From IMG/VR virus record IMGVR_UViG_3300027898_000002, positions 1 through 64,000 of that record: a stretch of DNA of 64,000 bases; one strand, given 5' to 3'. Origin of the DNA: a virus. The position numbers and the translations under genes are program-made. This document shows, piece by piece, positions 8,691 to 16,744 of the stretch. Position 1 is the first letter of the stretch. Every line of letters begins with the position of its first letter. The notes under the pieces were generated by a model. It had not been told where the DNA came from. It did not search any database and saw nothing but the letters and a program-made list of their open reading frames with translations.

Positions 8691-9394
8691 TCAAGCTCCA
8701 TAAATTTGTGAAGCTGCACCCCAGCGATCACGCCATACATGATGGCCAACTGCCCGACAAGGCGGCGATTGCGGCTATTGATCTCTTCTGCCCCCTCGTC
8801 ACACGGCGACAGATAGACCGGTGCGCCTTCCCTGGGCAAGGCCAGTTGCGCCGGCCGGGCACCCGGCTGTGTTGCAGTGGTCGGGACGTATCCGGTACGG
8901 CCACCGCCAAAATCCATGCCGCCGCTGATCACGTATTTGAAAGCCTTGGCGTGACAAAGAACCATGTCGTGAATCGTAGGGGTTTTCGGCGAACACACGA
9001 TCTCCGCGACAGTTTCGATTCCCGAAATCCAGAACGTGCCGGCGGTTTCGATCTGTACCGTAAACCCAAGATCGTGCAGGCGCGTGCATAGTGGCAGGAT
9101 ATTCTGCCGCATCGGCTCGCCACCCGTGATGACGACAAGCCGGGTGAACCGCCCACGCGTTACCATGACTTGCTGCACAAGGTCGAATACGTTGACTTCC
9201 GGATCGTTCGGTGAATCAAACTCCGTATCGCAAAACGTGCAACGCAGATGGCAGCCGTGCAACCGGACAAACACGGCGCTGTGGCCGCTATACGGTCCCT
9301 CACCTTGCAACGTTAGGAACGGAGACCCACTTACCACTCGAATCTTTTTCCCATCGCCCTGTGACAACTTCTCGATTTTGTTCTTGCCGTACAT
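8687..9394 (-). CDS. queE: 7-carboxy-7-deazaguanine synthase (radical SAM)
   Basis: Start set at ATG 9394 (GAGGAG upstream). FLTLQGEGPYSGHSAVFVRLHGCHLRCTFCDTEF and VVITGGEP are QueE signatures. Confidence 0.9.
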   Translation of the reverse strand: MYGKNKIEKLSQGDGKKIRVVSGSPFLTLQGEGPYSGHSAVFVRLHGCHLRCTFCDTEFDSPNDPEVNVFDLVQQVMVTRGRFTRLVVITGGEPMRQNILPLCTRLHDLGFTVQIETAGTFWISGIETVAEIVCSPKTPTIHDMVLCHAKAFKYVISGGMDFGGGRTGYVPTTATQPGARPAQLALPREGAPVYLSPCDEGAEEINSRNRRLVGQLAIMYGVIAGVQLHKFMELD

Positions 9395-9629
9395 GTTTCG
9401 TCTCCTCTGTCTTGATAACGCGCACCTTGGCGCCAACCTTGTCGAGCATCTTCAGACCGGAGTCAGTGATTGTGAAGAACGCCGATCCGTATTTGTGTTT
9501 CCGTGCCCAGCCTTGCCTGGCGCAGTCCTGGGCAATCTCGAGGTGCTGCTGACTGCACGACAGGCTGGCGGCGCCGCGTTCCTTGCTGTCACGTAGGCGA
9601 AGCAGCAAGACGATTTGATCTTGTGTCAC
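9300..9629 (-). CDS. hypothetical small protein, possibly winged-helix
   Basis: 109 aa. The last ~95 nt overlap queE, so the 3' part is uncertain. Confidence 0.4.
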   Translation of the reverse strand: MTQDQIVLLLRLRDSKERGAASLSCSQQHLEIAQDCARQGWARKHKYGSAFFTITDSGLKMLDKVGAKVRVIKTEETKHVRQEQNREVVTGRWEKDSSGKWVSVPNVAR

Positions 9630-9633
9630 AGTG

Positions 9634-9897
9634 TCACCTATTTTTCAAATTCTTAGAAGCAATTTCGAACTGTTCAAAAGCTTTGCTGACTTTGTGTAAA
9701 TTTTCAGCTGTAAAATGATTTGGATTCATATTGTACAATTGCTTACAAAGTTCCACGCCATTTTTACAACGCAGCAAAAGAGCATCGATTTCGCCAACTG
9801 TAGGCGGATCAGGATTTCTAATAACTACCACGAGGTCTTTATGTAATTGAAACAACAATTCGCGAGGTGAAGTATATTGCGGAACACTTGTTGTCAT
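9634..9897 (-). CDS. hypothetical protein in a visibly A+T-richer patch
   Basis: Start set at ATG 9897 (ATGA overlap with the upstream stop). 87 aa. Confidence 0.5.
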   Translation of the reverse strand: MTTSVPQYTSPRELLFQLHKDLVVVIRNPDPPTVGEIDALLLRCKNGVELCKQLYNMNPNHFTAENLHKVSKAFEQFEIASKNLKNR

Positions 9898-10862
9898 GCC
9901 CGCCTCCCGACCACATACCCCGACACGATCGTCCCTTTGAACGGCGCCGGCTTTGGCCACACCGCCGGACTCCAGTGGGTTGCGGCGTTGATCGCCGGCA
10001 CCAGAAACGACGCGCCCCAAATCGAGCACTTGGCATCCGCCGGCACCTGACATTCCAGATCAGCCATGACTTCGGCTTGCTTGAAACGGGCTACCATCCT
10101 GTCGGCGTATAGCTCTACAGTATCTTCGGCCATGAACGCCACGCTGTTAAAGGCCTTGCGGAAATCCTCGGTGATAACCTGGGCGGGCTTTTCGCCGGCG
10201 CTGGACCGGACCATGCCAGCGGCACGTTCTGGGAACTGCCCGACCACCAACGTCGACCGCATCCAGGCGCCGTTGGCCCATTTAAAGGCCACATAATTGG
10301 GGGTCCACGCCCACAGAGACAGCCCCTCTGTGCGCCGCAGGACAAAATCCACCGCCCAGCTAGGCAGCAGGGCCATGACGGCTCCCAGCCCCTTACAGGG
10401 GGCGCCGGCGATCGCCACGTTGTTGGTGGCATACGCCCAGCCGTTCTCGAGGGCGACACAATCCGCCCAGGGTTGCATGGCGTTGTCGCTGACGAACGGC
10501 CGCAGGGCCTTTAGGACTTCCGGGAGCGTTTTCGGGATGGTTTGCCACTTGGCATCTTCGACGCCCGGTTGCGACCACTTGTCTTCCGAGAGGGTGTTGA
10601 TCGATCCATGATAACGCCCACTTCGAATGTTGACAGAGTGTTCGCTGACGACAATGCTTGGACTTTCCGGCATCCGATCAAGCAATTTTTCAAACTCGTC
10701 GCCGGGAACAACGAAGCTTCCATCAGCAGGCCAAGGGTGGCAGGCAATAAGTCTGCCGTTGGTCGCTTGAATTGTCCGGTCGTGGATTTTGTAATGGGCC
10801 ATGCCATGGGTGATATCCTTCGCGGCTAGAGCGTCATTGATCCATTTAAGGGAGGCTTTCAT
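9894..10862 (-). CDS. DNA sliding clamp (DnaN beta-clamp-like), divergent
   Basis: 322 aa. VVPGDEFEKLLDRMP...VNIRSGRYHGSINTL parallels E. coli DnaN VPARKFFDICRGLP...LVRSGRSRFSLSTL. MRSTLVVGQFPE parallels SKLVDGRFPDY. Comparison is from memory. Confidence 0.65.
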   Translation of the reverse strand: MKASLKWINDALAAKDITHGMAHYKIHDRTIQATNGRLIACHPWPADGSFVVPGDEFEKLLDRMPESPSIVVSEHSVNIRSGRYHGSINTLSEDKWSQPGVEDAKWQTIPKTLPEVLKALRPFVSDNAMQPWADCVALENGWAYATNNVAIAGAPCKGLGAVMALLPSWAVDFVLRRTEGLSLWAWTPNYVAFKWANGAWMRSTLVVGQFPERAAGMVRSSAGEKPAQVITEDFRKAFNSVAFMAEDTVELYADRMVARFKQAEVMADLECQVPADAKCSIWGASFLVPAINAATHWSPAVWPKPAPFKGTIVSGYVVGRRA

Positions 10863-11091
10863 CTTTCAATCCCGCTGCCTTGCACCATTTTCCAAACATG
10901 TCGGACAACGCGGCGAGAGCGTCATCCTTACTCGTATTGATTCCGCGTGGGTGTCCTTTGAACTGCTCCGACAGGAGTATCAGTTCCCACAGCCATACAT
11001 CGTCATCACCCTTGACGATATAGCCGATGCGGACCCGATTGCTGAATACAGCGAGTCCGCCGGCGTTGTTGAGTTTTTGTGTGGTGATCAT
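10846..11091 (-). CDS. hypothetical protein
   Basis: Start set at ATG 11091 (ATGA overlap with the upstream stop). 81 aa. Confidence 0.5.
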   Translation of the reverse strand: MITTQKLNNAGGLAVFSNRVRIGYIVKGDDDVWLWELILLSEQFKGHPRGINTSKDDALAALSDMFGKWCKAAGLKDESLP

Positions 11092-11394
11092 GTCCACCCT
11101 GCGCCGCGTAGTTCTACTTTCGCACATTTACGGAAATGTATCCAAAGAGAATACGAACTGCTTTTGTAGAGATGCGTTACGCGGTGGCTTGTCGACGGTT
11201 TGACGATTCCGACCATGGTCGGATACCAGCCTTTGCAACTGCCGTCTTCCAGCTCTTCGACGTATCCACCCCACAAAGATGATTCTGATTGCATAATAAG
11301 GATGCGTGTGGAAGCAGTTTGGTTTGTCGGCAGCGACCATCTTGTGCAGGTCGACGCCGAGCCATGATCGTTTGAAAAGCCGCTTGATCCACAT
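11088..11394 (-). pseudogene. conserved HxHP...HRV small protein (cupin-like pattern), reading frame interrupted (+1) at a G4 run near 11266-11269
   Basis: The two track ORFs 11128-11394 and 11088-11294 join into one sensible protein: ...DLHKMVAADKPNCFHTHPYYAIRIIFVG / GYVEELEDGSCKGWYPTMVGIVKPSTSHRVTHLYKSSSYSLWI... The join lies at GTGGGGTGG. Confidence 0.6.
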
Positions 11395-11452
11395 TTACGG
11401 GAATAGGGCTTTTGAATGATCCGCGCCAGTCATCCCATTGCATGACTATCTC

Positions 11453-11671
11453 CTAACCAAGGACATTTTCAACGACGCGCGGATCGAAACCATCCTTGAT
11501 GTAGGCATCCTTCAATTGCTTCCGATAATCGACCAACGCTTTCCAGACGGAAGGTTCCAGTACTATACGGTTGGTTGTGATGACGCCGTTGCTCGTTGTC
11601 AGGATGATATTGAAGCCGTCGAACTCCATATAGCATCCATCACCAAGAAAGCGTTTATTTTGAATAGGCAT
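11453..11671 (-). CDS. hypothetical protein
   Basis: 72 aa, leftward block, no overlap conflicts. Confidence 0.6.
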   Translation of the reverse strand: MPIQNKRFLGDGCYMEFDGFNIILTTSNGVITTNRIVLEPSVWKALVDYRKQLKDAYIKDGFDPRVVENVLG

Positions 11672-11686
11672 GCGGGGGTTTCCTTT

Positions 11687-11899
11687 TTAATGACAACAAT
11701 CGGGGCAATCGTCCCACGGCTTCCCGTGGAGGCAATGTTCGTCTTTGACATCGGTTGTATACCGGATGTCGGTGGTGTTGAGACGATGGGCCATGCTTGC
11801 CCATATCACAAGACTGATGATGTTGACGACGAACATCAGAAACAGCAGAAGCTTGATGTTGTCGATGGTGTCGGTGAAGTCGGGGCAGATGCTATTCAT
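11687..11899 (-). CDS. hypothetical small membrane protein
   Basis: Start set at ATG 11899. TM segment LLLFLMFVVNIISLVIWASM. Cys-rich C-terminus. Confidence 0.5.
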   Translation of the reverse strand: MNSICPDFTDTIDNIKLLLFLMFVVNIISLVIWASMAHRLNTTDIRYTTDVKDEHCLHGKPWDDCPDCCH

Positions 11900-12095
11900 C
11901 TTCCAAAGCCTCCCTGATTTCGCCGATTGTGCAATCGGCGTCCATGTATTCACAGAAGCGCCTGATGATCTCCCGCACGTGAAGCAGGCGATCGTCGGAA
12001 ACAGTTGTGGGTTTGCCGATGCCCAGCGACGAAATCCTGTCGTCGCCGGCGCCGGCTGCCAGTTCGATAGCTTCGCAGAGATTGGTTACGGCCAT
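11892..12095 (-). CDS. hypothetical protein
   Basis: Start set at ATG 12095, just after the upstream stop. 67 aa. Confidence 0.5.
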   Translation of the reverse strand: MAVTNLCEAIELAAGAGDDRISSLGIGKPTTVSDDRLLHVREIIRRFCEYMDADCTIGEIREALEDE

Positions 12096-12096
12096 G

Positions 12097-13068
12097 TCAA
12101 AACATCCTGTCGATGATTTCCACAAGGTACGCCGAGTTCGCCTTCTCCGGGTCCTTTTCCTTGAGTTGGGAAATCAACTGGACGAAGTACGCGGCGTCGA
12201 CGCCGGTCAACTGGTCTTGCAGGACCGTGATGTTTTTCAGATCAAGCTCGCTGATCTGCATCGCCATCTTGAGTATCTGACCGGCGTTGATGACCCAGCC
12301 ACGCTTGATGAACTTGCGCAGCCTGATGATGGAGCAGATAGGATACTTCGACCCGACGTAGCGCAGCTCGCGGGTCAACAGGCACTCGAGCGCCGCCGGC
12401 CGCAAAGTCAGGGTGTCATTCCAGCTTGTCCAGTAGCTTGTGCAGTGGACAAAATCGAAATTGGTGTGGATGGTGTCGGCGTCGCCGAAGAACCGCAGGA
12501 TGATCTGGATACGGTGGCTGAGCGTGATGGCGTTGGTGGACATGAAGACCGGCCGGAATTTTGGCTTGTCGTCATCCTTGGCCTGCAACGCCAGCTCTTC
12601 CGTTTCCTCGTAGCGGTCCTCGATGTCGCCGGGGTCCGACATCACCTCGCCGACAAAAGCCTCGGATCCTTCGGCCGGGCGTCCTTCGAAGTATTTGTAT
12701 GCCTCGTCGGTCTCGTTCTCACTGGCGATGCCGGCGGACTTGATCACGACGCGCACTCGATCCTCTGCAACTTCTACATGCATCTTGCACGGAATGCCAT
12801 TTGTAACGCCGGGTTTGAAACGCTCGACGTAGTATTTGGCAACGGCCGCTGTCGTTTCCTTGTTGCGGAAATAGATATCGAAATCATTGATCGGTTCCCC
12901 CATCAGCATGGAGGCGATCGATCCACCCGTGACGATGGTATTGCCCTTGATCTGTTCGAGCAAGGTCTTGTCCTCGATTGTCTCGAGCCAGTTTTCCAGC
13001 AGCTTGCCCAGGACCTTGCGAATTGTCTTTGGCTTCATGCCGCGGCGGACGTTGTTGTCTTCTGACAT
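12097..13068 (-). CDS. nucleotidyltransferase-fold protein (Pol-beta superfamily)
   Basis: Start set at ATG 13068 (GGAGCTAATT upstream). TGGSIASMLMGEPINDFDIYF fits the G[GS]-x9-13-DxD signature. Confidence 0.7.
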   Translation of the reverse strand: MSEDNNVRRGMKPKTIRKVLGKLLENWLETIEDKTLLEQIKGNTIVTGGSIASMLMGEPINDFDIYFRNKETTAAVAKYYVERFKPGVTNGIPCKMHVEVAEDRVRVVIKSAGIASENETDEAYKYFEGRPAEGSEAFVGEVMSDPGDIEDRYEETEELALQAKDDDKPKFRPVFMSTNAITLSHRIQIILRFFGDADTIHTNFDFVHCTSYWTSWNDTLTLRPAALECLLTRELRYVGSKYPICSIIRLRKFIKRGWVINAGQILKMAMQISELDLKNITVLQDQLTGVDAAYFVQLISQLKEKDPEKANSAYLVEIIDRMF

Positions 13069-13114
13069 AATTAGCTCCTGTTGGGGTTTTAGTAACTGCT
13101 GATTAACGATGGCT

Positions 13115-13375
13115 TCATCGGCGCAAGTGCCATAGTACGCCGCAGGCTTGGCAGTATGGCAACCCACCACCATTTTGAGTCGCCCATGGGTGGTCACAAT
13201 CCCAAATAATCCCTTCACGGTCGCAAAGATCGATCCAGCCGTCCATGTCGCTCACCAGATAATTTCCGCGCTCGGGGTGTGAGTAAAGGAATCCTCTCTG
13301 CCTCCATCCAGCTTCTTCAGCAAGAGCCTTGGCGTGAGCGCGATCAGCATCGGTTGCATGATCGAAATCAGTCAT
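13115..13375 (-). CDS. hypothetical protein
   Basis: Start set at ATG 13375 (GGAGG upstream). 86 aa. Confidence 0.6.
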   Translation of the reverse strand: MTDFDHATDADRAHAKALAEEAGWRQRGFLYSHPERGNYLVSDMDGWIDLCDREGIIWDCDHPWATQNGGGLPYCQACGVLWHLRR

Positions 13376-13505
13376 TTTCGAACCTCCATGCCCGTTTGAA
13401 CTCGCGATGATATCCGTCCATGTCGATTGGGAATCCAAGCCGAGCTTGGATGGTTCGCACGGGATAGTAAACGGTCATCAGGACGGCGAACCAAATCTTG
13501 CTCAT
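13368..13505 (-). CDS. possible 45-aa hydrophobic peptide
   Basis: ATG 13505, MSKIWFAVLMTVYYPV..., 8-nt overlap with the next start. Below the size cutoff of the ORF track. Confidence 0.3.
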   Translation of the reverse strand: MSKIWFAVLMTVYYPVRTIQARLGFPIDMDGYHREFKRAWRFEND

Positions 13506-13540
13506 GATGCTTCCTTTAACTACCTATTATCGGTGATTGA

Positions 13541-14530
13541 TTAATCCCAAAGCGTATCTTGCTTGCGAGTGAAACGATCGATGCGTCGATCCATCGCCCG
13601 GCGAAAGTATTCCGCGTTGGCGTACCAGCGCCAACCGTAGCTCTTGGCCAAGGCTTCGGGATTGAACCCCTGCGGACATCCCATGATCTTGGCAATGTTG
13701 TCCTCGAGCGCTGGAAACTTCGGCCGTGCCGCTTCCAGCACGTCCAGACGTTCCAGGATCGTGGCACGCTCAGGTCCGGTCAGACTGCCGAAGTGCCAGC
13801 TATTCATATCGTATCGTTTTTGGCTGACACTAGAGAAGTCAACCTTGTAATCGCGAATCAACCCGTTCGGCTGTGGCACGTCGACAAAGATGGAACCGAA
13901 TGATCCGGTCGCCTGCCACGACGTAGAGTCGACGCTGTACCACGGATATTTGAACATCAACGGCAACGATGTCAGACCGAACCCGTGCACCTTGACCCTG
14001 GGCGTACCGTCCGGATTGGTCAAGTAGTGATACCAAATGTGATCAAGCCAACCATGTAGCCATTTGGTCGTTTCAGGGACCATCCCGCCGATAAAGATGT
14101 AATCGTATCCTTCGTCGAGATACTTGGCTAACCATTCTTCGTTCTCGCGTGTGTGAAAGACCGGTTGCACCACGCATCCCATTGCCTCGAGATACTTCTG
14201 GTTCTGGTACGTCAGCAATTCATTCTTTGATGTGTCGTCGAGATTGGACGCCACCGACAACATGCCGCGCTTCTGCGCCTCGAGTACGAACTGCCCATAC
14301 TTCTTGATATCGATCTTGATTCCCTGTGTCAGGGCGGAGAACGCGCCACTGTCAAGAAACCACTTCACCCCGGCCGCGTTGGCTTGGTTGAGAATGCCGC
14401 GATCCATGTAGTGAAACGATTCCAGATGATACGGGTAACGCATCTCCGCAAGCTGGCGCTGGTGGATGTTGACGGCGCCGCTATTGGGTCCGTTGCCGGT
14501 GTGCCACCACGCCGCGAGATGTATCTGCAT
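13541..14530 (-). CDS. dpdA: DpdA-type DNA transglycosylase (TGT-like, 7-deazaguanine insertion into DNA)
   Basis: Start at ATG 14530 (ATGA overlap). FLDSGAFS, YDYIFIGGMVP, KVHGFGLTS and SVDSTSW match the DpdA/TGT pattern as I recall it. Co-located with preQ0 synthesis genes. Confidence 0.85.
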   Translation of the reverse strand: MQIHLAAWWHTGNGPNSGAVNIHQRQLAEMRYPYHLESFHYMDRGILNQANAAGVKWFLDSGAFSALTQGIKIDIKKYGQFVLEAQKRGMLSVASNLDDTSKNELLTYQNQKYLEAMGCVVQPVFHTRENEEWLAKYLDEGYDYIFIGGMVPETTKWLHGWLDHIWYHYLTNPDGTPRVKVHGFGLTSLPLMFKYPWYSVDSTSWQATGSFGSIFVDVPQPNGLIRDYKVDFSSVSQKRYDMNSWHFGSLTGPERATILERLDVLEAARPKFPALEDNIAKIMGCPQGFNPEALAKSYGWRWYANAEYFRRAMDRRIDRFTRKQDTLWD

Positions 14531-14814
14531 CAGCCGGGTTCCTTCTTCCACACTGCCCCGTAGTCCGCCACGACTTCACGCACAACGGACTCGCTGCCGA
14601 TCAACATGGGCGGCTGAGAAGAACCATACCATACCGACGCATAGATTCGTCGCGTCCTGAGGACTTCTTCCCATTCTTCGTCAGTCAGTTCCCAGCACGA
14701 CACGGAACATGTACCATTATTGAAAACATGTAACGTGTGACATTGGGATTCGCTTACTCCAGGCGGTGGAAGCAAGCTGCGGTTCTTCCCCGGCCAATCT
14801 ATACCGTGTCCCAT
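14530..14814 (-). CDS. hypothetical protein
   Basis: Start set at ATG 14814. 94 aa, tightly packed between neighbours. Confidence 0.55.
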   Translation of the reverse strand: MGHGIDWPGKNRSLLPPPGVSESQCHTLHVFNNGTCSVSCWELTDEEWEEVLRTRRIYASVWYGSSQPPMLIGSESVVREVVADYGAVWKKEPG

Positions 14815-14815
14815 G

Positions 14816-15052
14816 TCACTTCTCCTTCCGCTTTGCCATTGTGACAATTGGCTCGCAAGAAATAAAGCGATAACGTCGCTCGCCGTGTTCGAGTAGTAGT
14901 TGCATCAGGTGATTTTCGGCCTCTCGTGCGGCAGCATTGAAAACCTGATCAGCGCTCGAACTGGAATCCCATGCACTGGGATGATCCCACTCGACGACTA
15001 TACGAATTTTGGAAGACAAGATCATGTCTTCCTTTTTGATCACTTCGACCAT
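14816..15052 (-). CDS. hypothetical protein
   Basis: Start set at ATG 15052. 78 aa. Confidence 0.55.
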   Translation of the reverse strand: MVEVIKKEDMILSSKIRIVVEWDHPSAWDSSSSADQVFNAAAREAENHLMQLLLEHGERRYRFISCEPIVTMAKRKEK

Positions 15053-15053
15053 A

Positions 15054-15617
15054 TTACTTCTCCCTTTCCGCCATCGCGCACAGATCAAAGAATTCCTTGC
15101 GTGCTTCCGGCTTTGTCAACAACGCCCCACGCATTGCCGAAGTCGATGTCGTCGAACCGTGAATCTTGACCCCGCGTGTCGACATGCAGTGATGGGCGGC
15201 CCGAATCAGGACCCCAACCCCCAGCGGCTCGAGGTGCCGCTGGAGGGCGTCGGCGATCTGGACCGTAAGGCGTTCCTGGACCTGTAACCGGCGGGCAAAG
15301 CAATCGACGAGCCGCGCCAGCTTGGACAAACCGGCGATCTTACCGTTCGGAATATACCCGACATGGGCGTGCCCGATGATATCGGCCAAGTGGTGTTCAC
15401 ACTTGCTGATGACCGGGATGTTGTGCACTATAACCAGCTCGTCGAAACCAGCGGCACCGTCCTCGAACGTCTTGAGGATGGTGGCCGGGTCCTGGGCGTA
15501 TCCCGTCGCCCATTCTTTCCACGCCCGTAGAACCCGCACCGGGGTATCGCGCAGGCCTTCGCGATCGGGGTCCTCACCGATGCAAAGCAGGAGTCGCGTG
15601 ATGATATCTTCAGACAT
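15054..15617 (-). CDS. folE: GTP cyclohydrolase I
   Basis: 187 aa. [33 protein letters not shown] and HHCMSTRGV motifs. Confidence 0.92.
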   Translation of the reverse strand: MSEDIITRLLLCIGEDPDREGLRDTPVRVLRAWKEWATGYAQDPATILKTFEDGAAGFDELVIVHNIPVISKCEHHLADIIGHAHVGYIPNGKIAGLSKLARLVDCFARRLQVQERLTVQIADALQRHLEPLGVGVLIRAAHHCMSTRGVKIHGSTTSTSAMRGALLTKPEARKEFFDLCAMAEREK

Positions 15618-15963
15618 GCGAATCCGCCCAACAATCCTTGGTTTCGTAAACCCGGCAATTGATCACGGAGACTTTCACGCCGATGTTGTCGAGGAACCAC
15701 AGTGATATGATTTCCGCCGTCGGATTGTACAACCCGTGTACGTCGTTCAGGCAGCGATGATCAACAAGGTCAATCAATGGTTGCACGATCTTGTCCAGCT
15801 CCCAGAAGTCGATGATGAAGCCGTTGTGACCGACAAAGCCGCCGACCGTAACCTCGAGCTCGTAGTTGTGCCCATGGATGCGATGACACTTGTGGTCTTC
15901 GGCAACATGAGGAAGCCAATGCGCAGATTCGAAGTGATAACGTCGTGTGATGGTCGTGGGCAT
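15610..15963 (-). CDS. queD: 6-carboxy-5,6,7,8-tetrahydropterin synthase
   Basis: Start set at ATG 15963. [11 protein letters not shown] and [13 protein letters not shown] motifs. Confidence 0.9.
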   Translation of the reverse strand: MPTTITRRYHFESAHWLPHVAEDHKCHRIHGHNYELEVTVGGFVGHNGFIIDFWELDKIVQPLIDLVDHRCLNDVHGLYNPTAEIISLWFLDNIGVKVSVINCRVYETKDCWADSHV

Positions 15964-15964
15964 G

Positions 15965-16348
15965 TTACTTGATCCTTTCCAGGAATTCGCGAGCACCGGT
16001 TATGGAATGCACCATCGTATTACAATGGTACTTGATCCATCCCGATAGCTTGGTATCGCGCAAGGCAATACCACACGTCGGGATGCGCAGGTTGTGGGCG
16101 TAGAAAAGTTCCATCGCCGTTCCTGACGATGGCAGGTCGAAGCGTGCCACGAAAGCGTCGCAGCGGCGAATACAACTCAGATCGCCAAGTACTATATTTT
16201 CGAGGCTGGCGCTGGACAAGTTTTGTTCGAGCAGGAACGGACCGCCGTATTCCCACCCCGGCGAGATGATCGCCATGAATGACGCCCGCCACGATACCGG
16301 GTCAGTGGCCTCAGTAACAGCGCCGCCGAGATAAACGCGTTTGATCAT
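15965..16348 (-). CDS. nucleoside 2-deoxyribosyltransferase-like (Rossmann-like) protein
   Basis: 127 aa. VYLGGAV...W N-terminus and DAFVARFDLPSSGTAMELFYA resemble the NDT/DNPH1-like fold pattern as I recall it. Embedded between queD and queC. Confidence 0.55.
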   Translation of the reverse strand: MIKRVYLGGAVTEATDPVSWRASFMAIISPGWEYGGPFLLEQNLSSASLENIVLGDLSCIRRCDAFVARFDLPSSGTAMELFYAHNLRIPTCGIALRDTKLSGWIKYHCNTMVHSITGAREFLERIK

Positions 16349-16356
16349 GGCGACTC

Positions 16357-16560
16357 CTAATTGATCGATATAGAATAAGTGGTGTAGTGAGTAACTCCCT
16401 TTTTTGTGACACGCTTTGGCACATCGATTTGTATCGTCGGATGCAAAGCACCTTTAACGCGGTGAGCCAGCGGGTATTTCTTTCGTATAAATTCTAGAAG
16501 TGTGTCGGTCATGTCTTTTTTTTCACGGCGACTTGGATCGTAATATTCTGATTCATCCAT
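16357..16560 (-). CDS. hypothetical protein
   Basis: Start set at ATG 16560 ([10 protein letters not shown]...). 67 aa. Confidence 0.45.
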   Translation of the reverse strand: MDESEYYDPSRREKKDMTDTLLEFIRKKYPLAHRVKGALHPTIQIDVPKRVTKKGVTHYTTYSISIN

Positions 16561-16744
16561 TTTTTCTTCTCCACCATGGACCTGTGTAAACGTCGATCGC
16601 CCCGGTTTCGTCGATCCACCGCTCGTAACCGGGGAGGAGCCAAACGCAGGCGCTTGGCCCGATGCCGTAGAGGATTCCGGACGGAACATAAGGTCCAGCC
16701 CAGAACCACGGCTTCCAGAAGTCAGTAATACTAGCCCTCGCCAT
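16553..16744 (-). CDS. hypothetical Trp-rich protein
   Basis: Start set at ATG 16744 ([18 protein letters not shown]...). 63 aa. Chosen over the overlapping 152-aa track ORF by protein-like composition. Confidence 0.4.
   Translation of the reverse strand: MARASITDFWKPWFWAGPYVPSGILYGIGPSACVWLLPGYERWIDETGAIDVYTGPWWRRKNG

Noticed and set aside
12007-13065. 352-aa + strand ORF
   Set aside because: It is antisense to the NTase-fold gene in a uniformly leftward block. The translation is low-complexity (Gly/Asp/Val/Leu-rich) with no RBS. This is a typical shadow ORF in GC-rich coding DNA.
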